From NCBI GenBank assembly GCA_050951325.1, contig JBMNIW010000011.1, positions 64,001-128,000 on the forward strand: a DNA stretch of 64,000 nucleotides, given 5' to 3'. The stretch is from Clostridia bacterium (GTDB lineage Bacteria; Bacillota; Clostridia; UBA1212; DUPL01). Made by a program: the position numbers and the translations under genes. Below the pieces are notes generated by a model, which saw only the letters and a program-made list of their open reading frames with translations, searched no databases and was not told where the DNA came from. Shown piece after piece: positions 59,692-64,000 of the stretch (the stretch's first letter is position 1; each line of letters starts with the position of its first letter).

Positions 59692-60375
59692 TTATCTTAA
59701 AATGACTCTTGCCATGCAATATTTGCTGATTGACAACTCCATTTTATTAGAAATGCTTGTAATGTCTTTAATGTAACCCGGTAGAAAACCATTGAACTTT
59801 ACTTCCAATATATCGTTGAATTTCTCCGCAACCGGATATAGAAGCAGATTTTCAGAAAACAGGTTATAACATGACTCAGTCGCTTTTAAATCCGAGTCTA
59901 TGGTTATGCGGACGTCATTTTCATTTGCAACGAATGCGGTTCTGTTATACTCAACTATGATTCTCGGCCGGTAACAGTATGTGTTTAAAATGTAGAAGAG
60001 TTCTGTTGCAAGGCTTTCTTTATACTCAAGCAGAACATGATATTTCCCGCTGACTACTGCCTGAGCATCTTCCCTGCTGATAGCAAGGGATCTTTTTCTC
60101 TGATACGAACCTTGCTTTTGCTTGATTTCAAATTTCGCAATTTCGCTGTCAGGACTGTACGTTCTTAACCTTATTTTGTGTCTATTAAAAACACCCATGT
60201 CCTTTTCCTGATAATCCTTGTCATATGGAGTGTCAAAGTACAACGTTCGAACCATGTAGCCTGTATCTTTATTATGCTTGTCTTCCATCATTATTCTTTT
60301 CATTATGGCTATAAGTTTTGAAGATTCAATCTTGTTTATCTGATACTTCTTCTCCTGTCTTAATACTTCCTTCAA
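59692..60375 (-). CDS. VTC-domain (polyphosphate polymerase/CYTH-like) protein
   Basis: RQEKKY, RTLYFDT, RHKIRLRTY, EIKQK, YNRTAF, RITID, ILEVKF, SKY; TTG start at 60375 after GGGAGG. Confidence 0.92.
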   Translation of the reverse strand: MKEVLRQEKKYQINKIESSKLIAIMKRIMMEDKHNKDTGYMVRTLYFDTPYDKDYQEKDMGVFNRHKIRLRTYSPDSEIAKFEIKQKQGSYQRKRSLAISREDAQAVVSGKYHVLLEYKESLATELFYILNTYCYRPRIIVEYNRTAFVANENDVRITIDSDLKATESCYNLFSENLLLYPVAEKFNDILEVKFNGFLPGYIKDITSISNKMELSISKYCMARVILR

Positions 60376-60394
60376 CTTAACAACCTCCCGAAAC

Positions 60395-60432
60395 AAAAAA
60401 AGACTGCAATTATTATTAAAATAATTGCAGCC
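60395..60432 (-). terminator. Intrinsic terminator forming the riboswitch expression platform
   Basis: Minus strand GGCTGCAATTATT-ttaat-AATAATTGCAGTC-TTTTTTT, just upstream of the VTC RBS. Confidence 0.85.
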
Positions 60433-60510
60433 TGTCGATCATAGCATTATGCTTTAGATACATGGCTTTGCGTCTCCACCTTTCGGAGGATTTGCCTTTT
60501 GTATAAGTTT
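60423..60510 (-). ncRNA. Cyclic di-GMP-I (GEMM-I) riboswitch
   Basis: Minus strand AAAAGGCAAATCCTCCGAAAGGTGGAGACGCAAAGCCATGTATCTAAAGCATAATGCTATGATCGACAGGCTGCAA: GGCAAA, GAAA tetraloop, GACGCAAAG, TCTAAA/TATG receptor. Confidence 0.92.
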
Positions 60511-60530
60511 ACATTTTGATCTACTCATTG

Positions 60531-61457
60531 TCAATACCCTTGAATAAATTTTTTGATAATTTCTTTTTTTACTTTTCTTTCCTTTATAATTTCATCTTTA
60601 ACATTCCCGAACAACATCTCTCCAAGGGGATCATGTTTTATAAATCTTGCCTTGCAACTGTCAATACTGTAATTGGCGTAACAGTATATACATCCATTCA
60701 TACATGTATTATACACACCAATATCGATACTCTCCACGCATCCGCAGTTTTTTCTCTGGCTTCTGTCTTGTTTAACGTTCAAGCCATATCCACATATGGA
60801 CTCAACCAGCTCCTTGTCAATGCAACTTGACTTCTGTATACCATATGCGGTCAAATCCAGTTCTTCACAACAAGCTTTTGGAGCAAGACCATATTCTCTT
60901 GCAGTTTTACCCATGAACTCAGAAAGTTCGAAAATCTCCTCAATTGCAATGTCACGAACATAATCACTTTTAATCTTTGAGTACCTGTCTACATAACTGA
61001 CTACAACGATTTTTGTGTGTGAAGCCAATCTTTCACAAAGATATGCAAACTGTCTCTTGTGATAATCAATATCAATATAATGTGCAAGAAGAACAGGGTC
61101 GTATCTCCACACAACCTTATCCTTGCCTATCATTTCAGACAGCTCGATGAACGTTTTGACTACATCATTCTTGTCTCGCATGTTTCGTTCAATATCCTTA
61201 CCGTAAGGCGTAAGTGTAAACTGAAAATAGTATTTGTAACCCATGTCATCTACTTCGGAAAGATACGGGAGAAAGTTTTTAGGATCCTTTGTCCAGAACA
61301 CAATACAGTCCACCACATCACTCCCAAGAGGTGTTTTGTACACCTGAGAATGATTGAAAGGGTTCCTTACGAGCACGTATCCTTCTTTCAGTCTGTTTAA
61401 AAACCACTGTCCGTAGTGACAGGGAATGTCGGTCCACCTTGATGCAGATATTATCAT
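60531..61457 (-). CDS. DUF1848 family protein
   Basis: MIISASRWTDIP, IVFWTKDP, QFTLTPYG, WRYDP, QRKNCGCVESIDIGVYNTCMNGCIYCYAN. Confidence 0.92.
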   Translation of the reverse strand: MIISASRWTDIPCHYGQWFLNRLKEGYVLVRNPFNHSQVYKTPLGSDVVDCIVFWTKDPKNFLPYLSEVDDMGYKYYFQFTLTPYGKDIERNMRDKNDVVKTFIELSEMIGKDKVVWRYDPVLLAHYIDIDYHKRQFAYLCERLASHTKIVVVSYVDRYSKIKSDYVRDIAIEEIFELSEFMGKTAREYGLAPKACCEELDLTAYGIQKSSCIDKELVESICGYGLNVKQDRSQRKNCGCVESIDIGVYNTCMNGCIYCYANYSIDSCKARFIKHDPLGEMLFGNVKDEIIKERKVKKEIIKKFIQGY

Positions 61458-61544
61458 TCTATCAATTCTTCTCCCCTGTTGTTGATATCTACTCACAGAC
61501 AGTATATACTTTTTTTGTATTTTACGAAAGTCCGAGGTGATAAC

Positions 61545-62648
61545 ATGAAGGAAGTTCATCCAAAAACAGTTCATGGTATTGTAAACAGACGTACAGGAAC
61601 TTTCTCCTACCAGGCATGGCCTACAATATGCAGGAATGACAAGGGAGAGCTTTTTGTCGTCTACTCCGGCATGAGAATAGGTCATATCTGTCCCTTTGGA
61701 AAAACCATATTGCAAAAGAGTTCCGATAGCGGCAATACATGGTCAATGCCTGTCATCGTAAACGACAGTGCCCTGGATGACAGAGACGCTGGCATTGTAA
61801 GTCTGGGAGAAGAAAAACTGCTTGTCACCTGGTTCTGCCATCCAGCAAGGATGTATTTGGAAGACTACTACGAAAGTATCAGGATGACAGGAACAGAATA
61901 TGAGAGTACAATCTCCATGATGCAGCTGGAAACATTCAAGGATCTCGAGAGAGAAGAAGGTGCGGGCGGCTCGTTTATTCGAATCAGTAAAGATAACGGT
62001 ATGACTTTCGGTGACGCTATAAAAGTCCCGGTATCCTCTCCCCATGGTCCTAATATACTGTCAGACGGAACTATTGCCTACCTTGGCAAATCCATGTATA
62101 CGGATCAGGAAGAAGACGGAGTAATCGCACTATACACAAGCAGTGACGGAGGAGCAACCTGGACACGAAAGTCATACATAGACCTTCCCGAGGGATACTC
62201 CTTTGACAACTTTCACGAGCCTCACATCCTTGAACTTTCAAAGGGTGTTCTTCTCGGGGCAATCAGGTGCCAGTCCACTCCCAAAGACAAAGACCAAAAC
62301 ATGTTTACCGTCTTTACCTACTTCTCCTATGACAGCGGTAACACGTGGACCGTTCCTAAGCCTACCCATTTGAAAGGCTCTCCCCCTCATTTGATGCTGC
62401 ACTCCTCTGGCGCAGTAATAATGAGTATTGGCAGAAGAGTAGCGCCTTTTGGCATCAGGACGGTTGTCAGCTATGATGGCGGAAATACATGGCAGGATGA
62501 GTATATCCTAAAAGACGATGCTCCTGATTGGGATCTTGGATATCCTGCAACTACAGAGCTGGATGACGGTTCTCTAATCACAGTGTATTACATGAAATGC
62601 AAAGGAGACAGAAAAACCTCCATTCTGTATACAAAATGGAGGCTTTAA
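61545..62648 (+). CDS. BNR/Asp-box sialidase-like beta-propeller glycoside hydrolase, no signal peptide
   Basis: Five S.D.G.TW/F Asp boxes; HEP and GYP motifs; start MKEVH after GAGGTG. Confidence 0.85.
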   Translation: MKEVHPKTVHGIVNRRTGTFSYQAWPTICRNDKGELFVVYSGMRIGHICPFGKTILQKSSDSGNTWSMPVIVNDSALDDRDAGIVSLGEEKLLVTWFCHPARMYLEDYYESIRMTGTEYESTISMMQLETFKDLEREEGAGGSFIRISKDNGMTFGDAIKVPVSSPHGPNILSDGTIAYLGKSMYTDQEEDGVIALYTSSDGGATWTRKSYIDLPEGYSFDNFHEPHILELSKGVLLGAIRCQSTPKDKDQNMFTVFTYFSYDSGNTWTVPKPTHLKGSPPHLMLHSSGAVIMSIGRRVAPFGIRTVVSYDGGNTWQDEYILKDDAPDWDLGYPATTELDDGSLITVYYMKCKGDRKTSILYTKWRL

Positions 62649-62649
62649 T

Positions 62650-64000
62650 CTAGATTGTTCCAAGTATGTATCTTCTTGCAAAGAACTTCATACTTCCCAT
62701 TCGTTTTCTTTCAATATTCGCAAAGTCGTTGTATGTGTCAAGCATTGCCTTTGCATCCTGCTTATCAATGGAATCCCGAGAGTATCTAGCCTTGTTAAAC
62801 AGCAGGGCTGCCCTCTTGTAAACTTCCCGCATTCCCTCGGCTTCAAAGAAACCACTGTTCTCAAGGAGATGTTCATACTCCGGAAGGGTAAAGGATGGAT
62901 TCCTCTTGACATAATATCGTCCTATGACCTTCTCCATCCGTTTGAATACATAGATAACATAGCTTCTGCTGTCCATTTTGGTGATTTTACCGAAGAACCA
63001 TTTTACTCTCAATACCATAACAGATACACACAGGGCAATGACAGCCAAAACCATAAGCATTATCTTCAAGAACTTGATTATTGCTTCGTTAAAAACCGGT
63101 GTCGGGTCATCAACATCATCATCAGGTGTTGGACTTGGTTTAGGAGAAGCTGTTACCGGTGCTTCCGTCGGCTCCTCGGTCGGGGTTCCTTCCACAGTTG
63201 GTTCCGGTGTTGGCTCAGGTGTCAGCTCAGGTGTAGGACTTGCATCAGGTACTTCTACAGGATTCGGTCCCTCAAAGGAAGCAGTTGGCTCAAACTCCAC
63301 AAATCCTAAACCTTCAAGATACACTTCAGGCCATGCATGCGCATTGGAACCAGGCACATCGAACCTGCCTCCGCCCTGATAGTTCTCATCCTTAACTACA
63401 AAACCCTCAACGTATCTGGTAGGTACGCCCACACATCTCAATAGAATAGTCATCGCTGTTGCATAGTAGGTGCAGTAGCCTTCCTTTGACTCGAACAGGA
63501 AATAGTCAACAAAGTCATATCCTTTTGGAACATCTCCTGGTGTAAGGGTATATTTATAGTTGTTTTTCAAATACTGCTCGATTGCTATTGCCTTCTCGTA
63601 ATCGGAGTTTGCATTCTTTGTTAACTCATGAGCAAGTACGCGGACCCTGTCAGGCAGGTTAACAGGCAGCTGCAAATATTTCTTGTAAAACGCCTTGCTC
63701 CTGTTGGATAGATTTATCACGTCGGTGCCAATATCTGCCGGACTTTTCAAGGTTACACTTTCATAGTCAACGTATACGGGGCGTCCCAGCCACGGGTCGT
63801 CAAAGTATCCCTGTCCTGCAAGATTCAATACTTTTTTGTAATATGGCGATGTTTCGTTGTAGACGTACGCTTCTACAAAATATGCACCGTGTTCGGGAAT
63901 TGCAAAGTTGTATCTCAACTTTTCATGTCCATCAAGAAACAGTTCCCTAACCTCATTCTGCCATGGAACACCCTTGAAATATACATCTACCCTTGTTCTT
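62650..64000 (-). CDS. Transglutaminase-like (TgpA-type) membrane protein, 5' end outside the window
   Basis: GYCTYYATAM, HAWPEVY, FEPT; PT linker and TM; frame is open to the window edge. Confidence 0.88.
   Translation of the reverse strand, partial: RTRVDVYFKGVPWQNEVRELFLDGHEKLRYNFAIPEHGAYFVEAYVYNETSPYYKKVLNLAGQGYFDDPWLGRPVYVDYESVTLKSPADIGTDVINLSNRSKAFYKKYLQLPVNLPDRVRVLAHELTKNANSDYEKAIAIEQYLKNNYKYTLTPGDVPKGYDFVDYFLFESKEGYCTYYATAMTILLRCVGVPTRYVEGFVVKDENYQGGGRFDVPGSNAHAWPEVYLEGLGFVEFEPTASFEGPNPVEVPDASPTPELTPEPTPEPTVEGTPTEEPTEAPVTASPKPSPTPDDDVDDPTPVFNEAIIKFLKIMLMVLAVIALCVSVMVLRVKWFFGKITKMDSRSYVIYVFKRMEKVIGRYYVKRNPSFTLPEYEHLLENSGFFEAEGMREVYKRAALLFNKARYSRDSIDKQDAKAMLDTYNDFANIERKRMGSMKFFARRYILGTI

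Noticed and set aside
60423-60510. c-AMP-GMP (GEMM-Ib) variant riboswitch
   Set aside because: The discriminating position is G, not A
61458-61715. N-terminal extensions in the ORF track (DUF1848 to 61715; likewise prsA to 2308, PHP to 27892, GH-A-like to 57550)
   Set aside because: They overlap neighbouring genes or promoters; downstream starts have RBS and family-typical N-termini

Overview
Low-GC chromosomal window from a probable spore-forming anaerobic Clostridia-class bacterium (spoVT, nrdDG, [FeFe]-hydrogenase, dockerin). It is mostly housekeeping genes: prsA, mazG, tadA, tRNA-Met and tRNA-Glu, split transketolase, rpiB, ohr, nrdDG with NrdR boxes, and miaB-ylbF/ymcA-mutS. The strongest candidate for an undescribed system is a minus-strand 8-gene operon (60375 to 50434) led by a class I c-di-GMP riboswitch whose layout predicts an ON switch. 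It encodes a VTC polyphosphate-polymerase-like protein, DUF4956, a secreted CotH kinase, a clan GH-A-like hydrolase, a HEAT-repeat protein, a processive GT2, a DivIVA-like coiled coil and a sensor-EAL phosphodiesterase. This looks like a surface-polysaccharide machine coupled to phosphorylation. Also notable: four paralogs of a GH99-like family with different predicted localisations, a glycan locus containing a URO-D-like enzyme, an adjacent cohesin-like and dockerin gene pair, an LDH-like enzyme with the MDH-type Arg next to a TSCCCP-type hydrogenase, an orphan sortase-signal gene remnant, and five apparent frameshifts (mutS x2, radical SAM x2, ArsB-like x1) that are probably sequencing indels. 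No CRISPR array, rRNA, IS or phage was seen. All family calls come from motifs read by eye; no database search was run.
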